IMG/VR virus record: IMGVR_UViG_3300033121_000971 | Span: 95,517-159,516 of that record | Length of the DNA: 64,000 bases | Strand: one strand, 5' to 3' | Source: a virus | Lineage: Duplodnaviria > Caudoviricetes | Shown: piece by piece, positions 42,720 through 54,818 of the stretch | Layout of the letters: each line of letters opens with the position of its first letter | Position numbering within the stretch: position 1 is the stretch's first letter | Notes under the pieces: generated by a model | What the model was told of the DNA's origin: nothing | Seen by the model: the letters and a program-made list of their open reading frames with translations, nothing else | The model's database searches: none | Made by a program: the position numbers and the translations under genes

Positions 42720-43275
42720 TATTATAATGATAGAGAAAAAAGAAATAGCAATACCAGTATACAAAACAGGCAGGTGGACAGATGACGTAACATACTTAAT
42801 CTGCCACACCAGAATCAGAAACATAAAGCTACCTACTAAGCTTGGTTATGATGATGCAGATATGCTTGTGGTTGTACCCTTCGAAATAAACTTAAACTAG
42901 AACTACAAAATTAATGAGTAAGACAATAAAAAAGTTAGTGAATGTTTCAGCCGTGATAAGAGATGGCAAGTTTACCTGTAGTTTTCTTGAAGAAGTTGAG
43001 GCTACAGAAGCAAAGACCAGCTATGTCTGGGCTGGGAGACGTTTATCAAAATCTGAGCTTATGGTAGTTGACAGTCATAAGAGATTCGGAGATAATGCAA
43101 GGAAGATTTTTGTTACAGCTTGGGCTCTGGAAGAGGATAAGGAAAAAGCATTCATGTTATGTATTGAACAGGCTGTAAAAGAATATGATGAGATGGAGCA
43201 GATGGTAAAGATGCATAAGAGTAATGTAGCAAGAGCAAAAAAACTTTTAAAAAAGTATAAGGAGAAAAGTAAATA

Positions 43276-44154
43276 ATGAAACTCAGAAGAAAAAAAGGCG
43301 AATCAGATTCCGATTACAGGAACATAGAACTGAAACAATCAGAAGAGAGGACTAAGGATTCTCTGGCAAGAGAACTCGAAGGGTTAAGAAAACTGGTAAG
43401 GTTAGGGTTTATACCGAATGACCCAACTTATACTTTTGAGGTTGGGGAAGAAGTTCAGTATGGGGCTGTTCACAAGACTGTAGTACTTGAGGTGATTGAT
43501 GATGGAACTATATATTTAGTTTCAACAAGGTCAGATTACAGGAATGACCCAAGAAAAAATGCTGAAGGTCAGAAGTTAGAAGTTAGTAAAGGTTATAAAT
43601 CTTGGTTGGATTTAAGAAAGAAAATTACAAAAGAAGAGCATTCAAAGATTCCTGTATTTACAGAGGAAGATAATATAAGATTAAATTATTACCAAACAGG
43701 GATGACTCATTTCTGGTCGGTGCTTTACTACTTTGGTGTGAACATGAATCCTGATTACCAGCGTGATTTGGTCTGGGAGTTGAAAGATAAAGTAAAGCTC
43801 ATTGACAGTATATTTCATAATGTAGATATAGGTAAATTTGTATTTAGAAGTTTGGAATACAAAGAATCATATGAGAAAAATGAAAAAGGATATACCTATG
43901 AGATTATTGATGGCAAACAGAGACTTACAGCAATAAAGGAGTTCTATGAAGACAGGTTTAAATACAAAGGTAGAACTTTCTCTGAACTCAACCTTAGAGA
44001 CAAGGCACATTTTGATACTTACTCAATAAGTTGTGCAGAGGTAAAGGGGGCAACTGACCAGCAGATATACAAACTGTTTGTAAGACTCAATACTGGTGGT
44101 AAGGCTGTATCAGAAGAACAAATCAATAAAGTAAAAAATTTAATTAAGGAGTAA
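43276..44154 (+). CDS. DUF262 (ParB-like/GmrS-type) domain protein
   Basis: PDYQR..VW, IIDGKQRLT, FVRLNTGG. Confidence 0.85.
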   Translation: MKLRRKKGESDSDYRNIELKQSEERTKDSLARELEGLRKLVRLGFIPNDPTYTFEVGEEVQYGAVHKTVVLEVIDDGTIYLVSTRSDYRNDPRKNAEGQKLEVSKGYKSWLDLRKKITKEEHSKIPVFTEEDNIRLNYYQTGMTHFWSVLYYFGVNMNPDYQRDLVWELKDKVKLIDSIFHNVDIGKFVFRSLEYKESYEKNEKGYTYEIIDGKQRLTAIKEFYEDRFKYKGRTFSELNLRDKAHFDTYSISCAEVKGATDQQIYKLFVRLNTGGKAVSEEQINKVKNLIKE

Positions 44155-45305
44155 GAATATGATTAATTGTAAGAACTGTGCTGGTACAGAGTTTAAGGAT
44201 GGTAAATGTGAATCATGTGGAACAGACTATGGATTCACTGGGGATAAGATACAGGATGCTTGGTTACTTATAAACAAGAGAAAGAAGGCTATGGAAGAGG
44301 ATGGATATGTGTTTACTATTGATACTACTACACCAGAGCCTCCAAGACCAGATACCAAATTTTGGAGACAGTATTACCTTACGCCACAGAAGTTTTTAAA
44401 AGTAACAAAAGGGGATAAAGTTTTTGTGGGCAACACTGCGTTAATTGAGAATGAGATGGAAAATATCTGGAACTGGTATTGTAAAGTTAAGTATACTCCT
44501 GAAGTTGCCGATACAACAGACCCAGAGAAGTTTGAAGAGAATAAGAAAGCATGGGATGAGTTTTATAGAAAGTCAGAAGAAGAAAGGCAAAAAAGAATTA
44601 AAAATTATGATGAAATGTATAAAACTACATTAGAATCAGATTCAAAACCAAAAGGATTTTTAGGTAAAATTTTTGATAACTTTGTGGAGTATTAAAATGA
44701 AACAAGACGAAGAATTAAGAAACATGAGTAACTGGGATTTACTTGACCTTTATACTAAAGAAGCTCGATGGGCACACTGGGGTGGGACTATGGATGATAA
44801 ACCTTCAGGATACTCAAGCTCTGTTCTCTGGGATGAGATTGTAAACCGAATGGTTCATGGAGTTTATAAACTTAGGGAGATTAAAAAATGAAGATATTTA
44901 ATTCAATTAAAGACAAGATAAAGAAGGTGTTTGAAGGTAAGCCAAAGAGTACAATGAGTCTAACTATATTCTTAACTGTTGATGGCAAGCGTTATGAGTT
45001 CTATTTGGGTGACTATGTTGCACCAAGTCGTAGTCATGCCAGAGCAGTATTATCATATGGAATGGATAAGATTCTGGAACAAGTAAATGAAGGAGATAAA
45101 AAATGAAACTAAAATACATTTGTCTAATACCAGTTATAGGATTCATTGTTTATCTTGGTGGCTGTTTCAGTGTGGATAAGTTTGCTAAAAAATTAGATGA
45201 ACAGGATGCCCTTTATAATCAAAAATGGATTGGAGCCTTTTTACTTATCCATATATTTGTTGATATGTTTTTGATGATAGGAGCTCTTAGATTGCTGGGT
45301 TGGGT

Positions 45306-45680
45306 ATGAAATATCTTAAATTCCGATTAATAAAAGATGGTAAAGTAGTTGGATATGAGAGATGGAATCAGTCTGCAAAACGTTGGGAGTACTGGAAGAA
45401 TAGGTATGGTGCACCTGTTAGTTTTGAATTTATAGACCATGACTATAAAGACATGTTCACTGGAAGGGTAGATTATGAAGGTGTGGAGATATATGAAAAT
45501 GACTTGGTTCAGATAGAAGGCAACCCAGTAAAGAAAAGAATAGTATTTGATGAAGGTGGCTTTATGGTGCAGAACTCTGGGAAGGTTCGTTTCAAGGAGA
45601 GTAGGGTTCTTTCAACCAAAAAGATAAGAACCCAAAAGCTATTAAAAGTGGGTGTGAGATTTAAGAATGAGCAGATATAA
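45306..45680 (+). CDS. YopX-family protein
   Basis: LKFR...FTGRVDYEGVEIYENDLV...FDEGGF. Confidence 0.75.
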   Translation: MKYLKFRLIKDGKVVGYERWNQSAKRWEYWKNRYGAPVSFEFIDHDYKDMFTGRVDYEGVEIYENDLVQIEGNPVKKRIVFDEGGFMVQNSGKVRFKESRVLSTKKIRTQKLLKVGVRFKNEQI

Positions 45681-45693
45681 TTAAGGGATAAAT

Positions 45694-45731
45694 TTTTACC
45701 TTGTTTTTTGTAAAACTTTTTGATATACTTG
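45694..45731 (+). promoter_or_regulatory. Promoter class B
   Basis: TTTTACCTTG-N20-TATACTTG. Confidence 0.7.
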
Positions 45732-45757
45732 TGTATGAAAAAATTAAGGAGTAATAA

Positions 45758-46141
45758 ATGAAAAAACTAATGTTCATAATAGCTTTACCGTTTCTGCTTG
45801 CATTGTTTTTAGCTGTTGCAGGGTGTGATTATTGCCCTCGCTATAAAGTACTAGAGTTTAAGTATGATGCTAAATTCAATAAAGAAGATGCTTCAAAAGT
45901 AGATTTAACAATTAAAGCTTATACAGAAGAGGTGTGTACAAGTGGAACCTTTCCTTATTACAGTGAATATGATTGTGATGTTGTTAAATATTCTATAGTT
46001 CTTAACGGTGTTGATAAGGAAGACATTGAATTCTATAAAAGGTTTTACACTAAGCTATATACATCACGATGGGTGGAAGCGTATGAAAAAGAATATACTG
46101 AGTGTAAGAGACTTGCAGAATTGAAAAGGGAAGTGGAGTAA
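45758..46141 (+). CDS. Putative lipoprotein
   Basis: MKK-hydrophobic stretch-VAGC lipobox. Confidence 0.6.
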   Translation: MKKLMFIIALPFLLALFLAVAGCDYCPRYKVLEFKYDAKFNKEDASKVDLTIKAYTEEVCTSGTFPYYSEYDCDVVKYSIVLNGVDKEDIEFYKRFYTKLYTSRWVEAYEKEYTECKRLAELKREVE

Positions 46142-46641
46142 ATGCTGTTGTGCCTGCTGATAGTGTTCAGCTAATAAAAGAAAGAGATTATAAAATAGCA
46201 GTAGATAAAATTAAGACTCTGGAAGAGTTTGAAAATTAAGGAGAAAAAATAAAATGAACATTCAGTTATTAATCATGGTGTTTTCATTTGTAATGGTTTG
46301 TACTTCAGTTGTTGTAGCAATGTACAATAGTCTTGAAGGTATTAAGGGTAAGTCTGGCTGGCATATTGTGTTGATAGTATCAATTACTATTCTTATATAC
46401 GGTTTACTTAATGGAGGTCATTTATGGTAAGCATTATAATCGGTATAATTTTAGTTCTGGAGTGTATAATTTTCTTTATATCTTTCATGTTATCTGAGAC
46501 ACCGACATCTGAATATTGGGATGATTTTCAAGGTTCTCTTTGGGATGGTCATATATATGCGTATATATTTGTAATATTTTTATCTGCATTGTTTGGTGGT
46601 ATATGGCTGATAGCATCTGGATTGAATAACTAAAGTATTTT

Positions 46642-46714
46642 GCACACGTTCCCTAGTGGTTAAGGGCTCTGCCTTCCAAGCAGGTGTTCGTGGGTTCGAA
46701 TCCCACCGTGTGCT
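46642..46714 (+). tRNA. tRNA-Gly(TCC)
   Basis: GCACACG/CGTGTGC acceptor, CTGC-CTTCCAA-GCAG, GTTCGAATC. Confidence 0.9.
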
Positions 46715-47850
46715 CTGGTTTTAAAAATTATAAAGGATAAAGAAATGTTTAAATTAGTTTTTGCAGTTTTGTTAGGTTTATCTTGTGCATTGCTTAACGT
46801 GTACATTGTATGGAATATTGCAACCATGTTCAATGTGCAATTTATTCTTAATCTTGGCTATTATCAATTGATTGGTTTGTATATGGCTTTGAGGGTTATA
46901 ATATTTTCAACTGGAGATGGTACTGATATAGAAGATAAGAAAATATACAGTAAGATAATTAGTCAACAATTAATCATAATGATTGTGTGGGGATTTGCAT
47001 ATTTATTAAGTCTGGTAAATTTTAATTAAGGGGAAATAGATGCATATAGAGGTAGGTAAGAATCTGGGTAACAGGGTAACAGTTAGATTCCCTTCAGTTG
47101 TAGTACTACTTGCATTAGCATCAATTGCATTACTAGTTGTGATAATGTTTAAAACAATTTAAGGAGAGTAAAATGGATTTAAGTAAGATGCAGGAAAATG
47201 GTGTACGTGGTCAGAAAGCATTAGACAAGCTCTTCCAGATGACAGATAAAGAGCTTAAAGACTGGCTGTCTAAGTACATAACCATTAATGATAAAGAGCA
47301 GTTTTTAGATAGTGCTAGCGTTACCAGAGTTATAAAGGATGAACAGAGCTATGAGATAGACCTATGGTTTTATGATAACGTGCATATAGGTTGGTTTGGT
47401 GTATCTTGGAAAAATGAGTACGGTGCTGGCAACAAAGAACTTATAAATGAAGAGACATTTTATGCTCTTCTGGGGGAGTAAATTTTGGGTATAGGCAGAA
47501 TAGAATACAAAAAGTTACATACTTCCAGACTGCTGGCTTATTTTAAGTCTTTAAAAGCAAGAGTCGGTAAATTAGCTACTGCTGGTTTTACTATGGATTC
47601 TATTAAGGATTTAAAAGAGCTTAGAGCATATAAGGACGAGGTAAAAAAAGAACTGGATACAAGACCTCATATCCATGGAGATAGTCATGTTACTCTTAAA
47701 ACTAGAGCTGGTAAAAAAATTGGAGAAGAGTGTACTTGTGAGAGTCATCCTGAAGAAGGCTATTGTCCGTACAGTGTTGAATTAAGTGAAGAGCCTAGAT
47801 TGTGTGATTGCTGTTCTTATTGTAGACAGCAGTGTGCAGAAGATATTTAA

Positions 47851-47924
47851 GCACCCATAACTCAGTTGGCTAGAGTACGTCCCTTTTAAGGATGGAGTCG
47901 GTGGTTCAAGTCCATCTGGGTGCA
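47851..47924 (+). tRNA. tRNA-Lys(TTT)
   Basis: GCACCCA/TGGGTGC acceptor, CGTCC-CTTTTAA-GGATG, GTTCAAGTC. Confidence 0.9.
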
Positions 47925-48500
47925 CAAACAAAATTAAGGAGGAAATAAAATGGATTCTAATGTACATATACAAAATAAAATACCAGACCATGGTATGAAT
48001 GGTTTGGATAGAAGTGAGCCTTCATGGAGAAACTCTAAAGAGTTTATAGATAATGGTGGGTACATAAGGTCAACGGAGGGCAACAAGTCAGTTTACAAAG
48101 TAGATGGTGAGTATATTATTTACTGGAAGAATACTGTATGGAAGAAGACAGAAAACTGGGACACTGTTATGATTGAATTTAATGCAATGAAAAGGTAAGG
48201 AGAAAATGAGAACACTGGAAGAGATAGTTGAGAGACGGGCTGATATCCTAGAGGAACTATTCTTTCTGGAGAATAAGAGTCTGAAGAGTATGGCTGATGA
48301 GTTAAACCTTCCTATATTAAAAAATAAACTCAGCATTCTGGATTGGGTTCTGGGTTTTAAATACACTATTAAAGAATAAAATAAAATGGATATATTATTA
48401 ATTATTATAGCTGTGTTTTTATTTGCTGTAGGAGTAGGGTTGTTTGCACTAGGCTTGTTTCTGGCAGTGTTAAAAGTAGCATTAATGAGATAAGAAGTCT

Positions 48501-48588
48501 GGAAGATTGCCAGAGTGGAAATGGGTCAGCTTGCTAAGCTGTAGCCATCCGTAAGGGTGCATAGGTTCGAATCCTATACCTTCCTCCA
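48501..48588 (+). tRNA. tRNA-Ser(GCT)
   Basis: CAGC-TTGCTAA-GCTG, long variable arm, encoded CCA. Confidence 0.88.
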
Positions 48589-48803
48589 GAGAAAATTATG
48601 GATAAAAGTAGAAGAATAGAGTTATTGAGTACAAAACCGTATTACTACAAAAAGCATGGTATATTGTGGATGGGTTTTTATGGTATATATGTAGATGAAA
48701 TGATGATAGGAGCTGAACCTGATAAAAAAGAAGCTAAGAGAATTGTAGATTTATTAAATGGAGCCTTCATGATGGGGGTTGCAAACGTTCTTGTAGAAAT
48801 ATA

Positions 48804-48899
48804 GGAAGAGTGCCAGAGATGGATTAATGGAACAGTCTTGAAAACTGTCAATCTTCAGCAAACACTGGAGGTTCGTGGGTTCGAATCCTACCTCTTCCT
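48804..48899 (+). tRNA. tRNA-Ser(TGA)
   Basis: GGAAGAG/CTCTTCC acceptor, ACAGT-CTTGAAA-ACTGT, very long variable arm. Confidence 0.88.
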
Positions 48900-48925
48900 C
48901 AAAAATTAATATGAATTTCAAACAT

Positions 48926-49008
48926 GCTGGTATACCGAAGAGGTCAAACGGGGAGGTCTGCAAAACCTCTGGGGAAACCCTTCATGTGTTCGAATCACAT
49001 TGCCAGCT
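48926..49008 (+). tRNA. tRNA-Cys(GCA) with extended variable arm
   Basis: GCTGGTA/TGCCAGC acceptor, U73, GAGGT-CTGCAAA-ACCTC, variable region TGGGGAAACCCTTC. Confidence 0.85.
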
Positions 49009-50979
49009 CAACAATTAAACAATAAATAAAATGAATGATAAAGTAAAAGTTAATAATTTGGTTCTTACCAGAGATATAGACGGGATAGAGGTTGAAGTAA
49101 CTGAATGTTTTGTTCTGGAGGTTAAAAGCACTTATTCTGTTATAAATGTTACCTGTGAGCAGGATGTAATAGATTTACTTAATAATATCTATGCTGGTAA
49201 TGCAGGGAGAAAAGTATTTCAAGTTATAAAGGATACAGAGAAGTCCCGAAAGGTAAAATCTTATAAAGTAGAGAGTGTAGATTCCTCAAAGAAATTTAAA
49301 TTTGGAGAAGGATTGGGGATAGGAGATTAAAATGGCAGATAACATAAAAAGATTTTTAACAAAAGAAACCCCTTGGGGAACATACAGTATTTATAAAAGA
49401 GAATCTGAATCAGTTTGGCATGTGGATTTGAATGGGGATGATACTTATGAGTACGCCCATATTGGAGAAAGACCTACTCTGGATGAAGCCTATAACTTGT
49501 ATTGTACTACTTTATTGGCAGACAGGGATAGTTATATAAGTAAGTATGAGGCTAAAATTAAATTACTAAAAGCAATTGAAGTTTAATGGGTGAGTTCGCT
49601 GAAGGCTTATTTGACATGTTTCACAGTCTGGCTACAGACAAACCTTCCAGATTGAATAAAAGAATGAAGGAGATTCTCCTCCAGATGGTAAAGGATACCG
49701 AAGAGAATACTTACGACATGGAGGATACCCAGCATGAGCTGTGTATGCTATCCATGACTTGGCTTAAATCAGTTCTCTCTGGAGGTAATAGAAAGCCACA
49801 CATAAAAGTAGGCTGGTGGTTGTGTCACTGGATTAATGATAATCAGTACCATGACCTTTCGGATGAAGAAGACTTTATCAAAGCTATAGAGTGGCTGAGC
49901 TACAAAATAAGAAGGCACTATTCATCTTATGAGATGATACAATATATGCTGGATAAATAGGTACCAAATTTTGCCCTTGCATTTTATATAATATTACATT
50001 ATGTTGCAGTAAATAATTAAGGAGAATTAAATGACTTTCGGAGAATGGCAAAAAGCTGATGATATCTTTGACTCACAACTTAAAGAGATTACCCATGAAA
50101 GAGAAGAGCTAAGAAAGAGATTTTTATCCAATTGTGAGTTTAAAGCTGGAGACCATGTAGCTTTATTTAAAAATGGTCAATTTCATCATGGAGCTTATAT
50201 AAAAAATGTAAGAGTAGGATTCAGGGAAGATAAACCTTTCAACTTTGATTTTTGGAAAGAAAAGAAAGATGGTACTCAGAGCCAGATACAATTGTATTTT
50301 GGTGGCTGGGACAGGATTGAAAAAATAAAATGAAAAAGATAAAAGCATCAAAGCAGGTCGGGATACATATGCTGAGAAACCCAAACGAGTTTGGTGTATT
50401 ACTTGTAACAGAAGACAAGGCAAGAGTAGGTATGGAGATTGAAGTGGTGCCGAAGCTGTTTGGAGTAATTGATATAGTTTATAACTTTAAAATAGAGGTA
50501 GAGATAGATGAAAAATAAACCAGCAATAATTGAAGCAGGAAAGCCTCCCAGTATTTTAGCAATGATAATGGCTATTGAAGCTGGAAGGCAGGTTAAAAAG
50601 CTAGATTTGAAGACAGCCAGCAAGAAAGCAACAAAAGCAAAAGCCAAGGAGATTGGCTTCATAAAGACTGGGGAGAAATGAAGATAAAGAAAATTAAGTG
50701 GGATAGTAAAAGAGATGACAATGGACGCATGTTTGGTACAGTTGGGAACAATGTAGTTGGTGTAGTGGTAGTACACAGAATTATTTATAGAGAGGTTACA
50801 ACAATGAAAGACTTTAACTTTAAAAGCAGGCTTGTGATTCTGGATGAGCTGACAATAGTTGAGTTTGATTATGATAGCTCAGTATACATTGGGAAAGAGA
50901 CAAACTGTGTATCTAATGAAATCATGTTAGATATGACTCTACGTCCAGATTACTACTCAATTAGAGAGATAATATTTTT

Positions 50980-51315
50980 ATGATGATTGATGAGAAAAAA
51001 ATAATCCCCAAACCAGAACCTAAGCGAATGAGCAACATGGTGGTTCGAAATAAGGAGAATAGAAAGTACAAGACTTTTAAAGAGCAGACTAGTGGCGTTT
51101 CAATGCAGTATGCAAAAGCTAATATTAAGAAATCCTTAGTAGAAGAATGTATATGGTTACATTATAATATTGTAACAGAAAAGAAAAGTTATCATGTAAA
51201 AGTACAGGTAGCTAAACACAGGTATATAAAAACCTATCCCAGTCTGGAGCAGGCTAGGATATTTAGAGATACAATTTTAAATAACAAGGAAAGAATATAT
51301 GCCTCCATGGTCTAA
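50980..51315 (+). CDS. AP2-like DNA-binding domain protein
   Basis: YHVKVQVAKHRYIKTYPSLEQARIFRD resembles AP2; last 15 nt overlap tRNA-Arg(ACG). Confidence 0.5.
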   Translation: MMIDEKKIIPKPEPKRMSNMVVRNKENRKYKTFKEQTSGVSMQYAKANIKKSLVEECIWLHYNIVTEKKSYHVKVQVAKHRYIKTYPSLEQARIFRDTILNNKERIYASMV

Positions 51316-51374
51316 CAGGATAAGACGCTTGATTACGAATCAAGAAAGTGAGTGTTCGAATCATTCTGGGGGTA
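51301..51374 (+). tRNA. tRNA-Arg(ACG)
   Basis: GCCTCCA/TGGGGGT acceptor, CTTGA-TTACGAA-TCAAG, GTTCGAATC. Confidence 0.85.
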
Positions 51375-51386
51375 CAGAAAATTTTT

Positions 51387-51460
51387 GCTCACATAGCTCA
51401 ACTGGATAGAGCACCAGCCTTCTAAGCTGGTTGTTATAGGTTCGAATCCTATTGTGAGTA
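51387..51460 (+). tRNA. tRNA-Arg(TCT)
   Basis: GCTCACA/TGTGAGT acceptor, CCAGC-CTTCTAA-GCTGG. Confidence 0.9.
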
Positions 51461-51476
51461 CAGTAAAAATAATTTA

Positions 51477-51902
51477 ATGAAACATCATACAAAAGATAAA
51501 GGTGATATAGGCGTTGGTGCTGTAATTTCAGATTTAATGAAAAATGGAATTAAGGTTGCTATTCCTTTATCGGAGCATTTGCCGTTTGATTTAGTAGGAA
51601 TTTATCCAGACAACACAATAAAAAAAATATCTGTTAAGTACAGGCAGGTTACTAAGTTTGGTACTATAGATATTAAGTTTAGTTCTTCTCATGCAGATAA
51701 AAAAGGTAATCATACAAAAGATTTGGATAAAAGCTCAGTAGATTTGTTTGCAGTGTACTGTCCAGAAACAAATGAATGCTACTATTTTAATCATAATAAT
51801 TGCAATACAAGCATAAAACTAAGAATTAATAATTCTAGAAATAAACAGAAATTAGGCGTGCATCTTGCAAAAGATTACACTAATCCGTTAATTATAAAAT
51901 GA
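51477..51902 (+). mobile_element. Free-standing PD-(D/E)XK homing endonuclease (group I intron-associated family) in tRNA cluster
   Basis: TKDKGDIG...PFDLV...KISVKY...VDLFAVYCPETNECYY; lower GC; sits between two tRNAs. Confidence 0.8.
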
Positions 51903-51906
51903 AATA

Positions 51907-51989
51907 GCGTAGGTGGTGGAACTGGTATACACAAGGGACTTAAAATCCCTCGCTTCGGCATGAGGGTTCGACTCCCTCCCTATGCACCA
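51907..51989 (+). tRNA. tRNA-Leu(TAA)
   Basis: GCGTAGG/CCTATGC acceptor, AGGGA-CTTAAAA-TCCCT, encoded CCA. Confidence 0.9.
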
Positions 51990-52404
51990 GAAATAATAAG
52001 GAGACAAAATGAAAACAGTATCATACAAGTTAGCAAAGAAGTTAAAAGAGCTGGGGTTTAAAGGAGCCACTACTCACTATTGGATTAAGCCAGTTGGGTA
52101 TAAAGCTAGGGTAGCAAAAGGTAAAAAGTTTGGATTTGTAGAAGGAGACTTTGCACCTTATCCAGAACAAAGACCAAAAAGGTATAAAGCTCCTACTCTG
52201 GATGAGATGATTGATGCTTTGCCTGCTGGGTATAAAGTAAAAGGCATGTTACAGCAACCACTGTTTACAATGTATAAAGGTTTAGTAGGTTATTTTAGTG
52301 GAGAGTATTCAGGGCATTACAGAAATTGTGAAAATGATAACATGGCAGATGCTTGTGCTGAGCTCTGGATATTGTTGAAAGAAAATAAATTGATATAGTA
52401 ACAA

Positions 52405-52486
52405 GCCGATATGCTGGAATAAGAAGACAGGCTGGTCTTAGAAACCAGTGTCGCAAGGCGTGGGGGTGCAAGTCCCTCTATCGGTA
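52405..52486 (+). tRNA. tRNA-Leu(TAG)
   Basis: GCCGATA/TATCGGT acceptor, CTGGT-CTTAGAA-ACCAG, GTGCAAGTC T-loop; D-loop lacks GG. Confidence 0.82.
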
Positions 52487-52599
52487 CAGAAAATTTAAGT
52501 GCACAACGGACAAGGCTTAGGCTTGGTTAAGTATTCAGGGTTCATCCTAATACTTTTAATCCATGGTGGGTAGCGAGTGGTTGACCAGTATTTAAATTT

Positions 52600-52674
52600 G
52601 CACGAGTAGCTCAATTTGGTTAGAGCGTCTGCCTGATACGCAGGAGGTTGAAGGTTCAAGTCCTTCTGGGAGTA
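52600..52674 (+). pseudogene. tRNA-Ile(GAT)-like gene with mismatched acceptor stem
   Basis: Canonical D, anticodon (CTGC-CTGATAC-GCAG) and T arms, but 5' GCACGAG faces 3' TGGGAGT. Confidence 0.7.
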
Positions 52675-52680
52675 CTGAAT

Positions 52681-52718
52681 TTTTACCTTGTTTTTTAAAA
52701 AAATTTATATTATACTTG
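52681..52718 (+). promoter_or_regulatory. Promoter class B
   Basis: TTTTACCTTG-N20-TATACTTG. Confidence 0.7.
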
Positions 52719-54738
52719 TAGTATGAAAACATTTATTATAATATCAGTAATTAGTTTACTTTTGTTTTTTGGGTGTGGTCATGATGGGGAGAAAAACGGG
52801 ATGTATTATGACCTCCAAAAAAGATGTGTGAAGTCACATACTGAGACTCACTTAGTACCTCATATTATAGGTAAGCAGACATATTATCTTCCCTCAACCA
52901 GAACAGTGTGTGATGCTTATGTAACAGATACAATTTGGACTAAAAAAGAAAAACTTAAAGAGAAATAAAATGAGTGAGACAGAATTTTCAAAAGATAAAG
53001 ATGCAAATTGGGAACGGAAAGAATTTGAATCTGGGTTAACTGCCAAGGATGTTAAAGTCGGTGATATCATTAAATTTGAAACTGTATATACTTATAGGAA
53101 GAAGTGGTTAAGAGATATTTATAGTCATCAAAAAGAGGATTGGTTCAGTAATTATCTTAATAAAGAGGGTTTAAAGGAAGATAGTTCCAATTCAAAATTC
53201 TATACAAGTACTGTTACCTATTTTGCAGAAGTTTTAAGTGTTGAAGATAACGGGGTAACATACACAAAGTCTGGAAAAGGTAAAATTGCTCCATCCAATG
53301 GTCATATAAAATTTTTAAACTGGAATCAAATTAAAGAGGTAATAAAATGAGTAATTGGTATGTAATATTTTTTGGGTTACTTTTAGCTTACTGGCTTATT
53401 GCAATTCTATGGAGGAGAAGGTAATGTTTATAACACATGAGGGGCAAGACCCAGTTAACATGTCTCTGGTTGTAGAGATTGAACCTGATACTCTGGGGGC
53501 ATTCGGTGCATATGGTAAGTATCGTTATAATATTAAGTTTAAAGCTTTAGAAGTTGACTCAAACGGAGATAGAATTATATTGGATAGTTGGATATTCAAC
53601 GATAGGGTAGAAAGAGATAAAGTTCTGGAATCAATAAAAAGTAAATTTTTTATAGCTGTTTAAATTTAAAAGGAGAAAAATTATTATGGTAGCACAATTC
53701 ATCATAGCAATCATACTGTGGATTTTTGGAACATTGTTTTCTTTAGTTGGATTGGCAGAGGAAGAACCTTCACTTTCTTTTGTTGGTGGTCTTGTAGTGA
53801 TGTTAGCATTATGGGAATCATGGGTACTTTATAAGTTCTACATGTTACCACTGGGATTATGAGGCAAAACAGAAACGGTAATACCAAGGTAATTGATTAT
53901 CTTGGTTATGAGATTCAAATAAGAAAAGGGGTCAGGAATGATTCTGATGAGAGCTACAGTGTAATTGTTGTTGAACCTGCTGGAGGTGGATGTTGTTTTA
54001 TAAAAAAGAGATACAGCAATCTCAGAACTCCAGAGCAGGAAGAAAAAGCAATTGATAAAGCAAAGAAATTTATTGAGTTCTGTTCTCAGGAAAATCCTCA
54101 AGAAAACAAATCATAATTAAAAATTAAAGAGAAATGAAAAAATTAAAAATAACTAAAGAGAATTTAGCAACAGTTTTTGGAGCAGTAAAGAACTGGTTTA
54201 AAAACAATTCATATTCTGTTGAATACCAGTATTACCCAGAAAACAGGAAAGCTTATACAACTCTGGGGGAAGAATTTTATGCAAATGAACCTCTTAGTCC
54301 TATAAGGCAGAGTGTAAATGCAGGATATAAAAGTCCTGAAATTTTAATGGGGTATTTTCCTACACTAGGTGGTGAAGAATTAGGTGGTATAGTTATAGAT
54401 TCTCATATGATAAATTATGGTAGAACACCAAGTGTTATTGCATTGGGTTCAAGAATATCAATAAGTCCTACCCAGATAAAAGTATATTACACTTTTGGTT
54501 GTGTAACTGATAAATTAAGGACGGTGCTGGTGTATAATACTTCAGATTATGAGACTGTAGAACAGATGGTACGTTATGAAGTAGATATGAGTGACCAGTA
54601 TGATGACTTTGAAGACTGGGAAGAGGATTATGAGGATTTTATAGATGATGATTTATTTGAAAAAATACATGAAGAAGCTGAGTATAAAGGAACAAGACAG
54701 GATGCAATAAATGAGGCATTAAGTGAATAAAGTTTTAT

Positions 54739-54818
54739 GGTGGCTGTGCTGAAATTGGTAGACAGGCTGGACTGTGAATCCAGTACCCTTGAGAGTTCGA
54801 GTCTCTCCAGTCACCCCA
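54739..54818 (+). tRNA. tRNA-His(GTG)
   Basis: Encoded G-1, GTGGCTG/CAGTCAC, C73, CTGGA-CTGTGAA-TCCAG, CCA. Confidence 0.92.
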
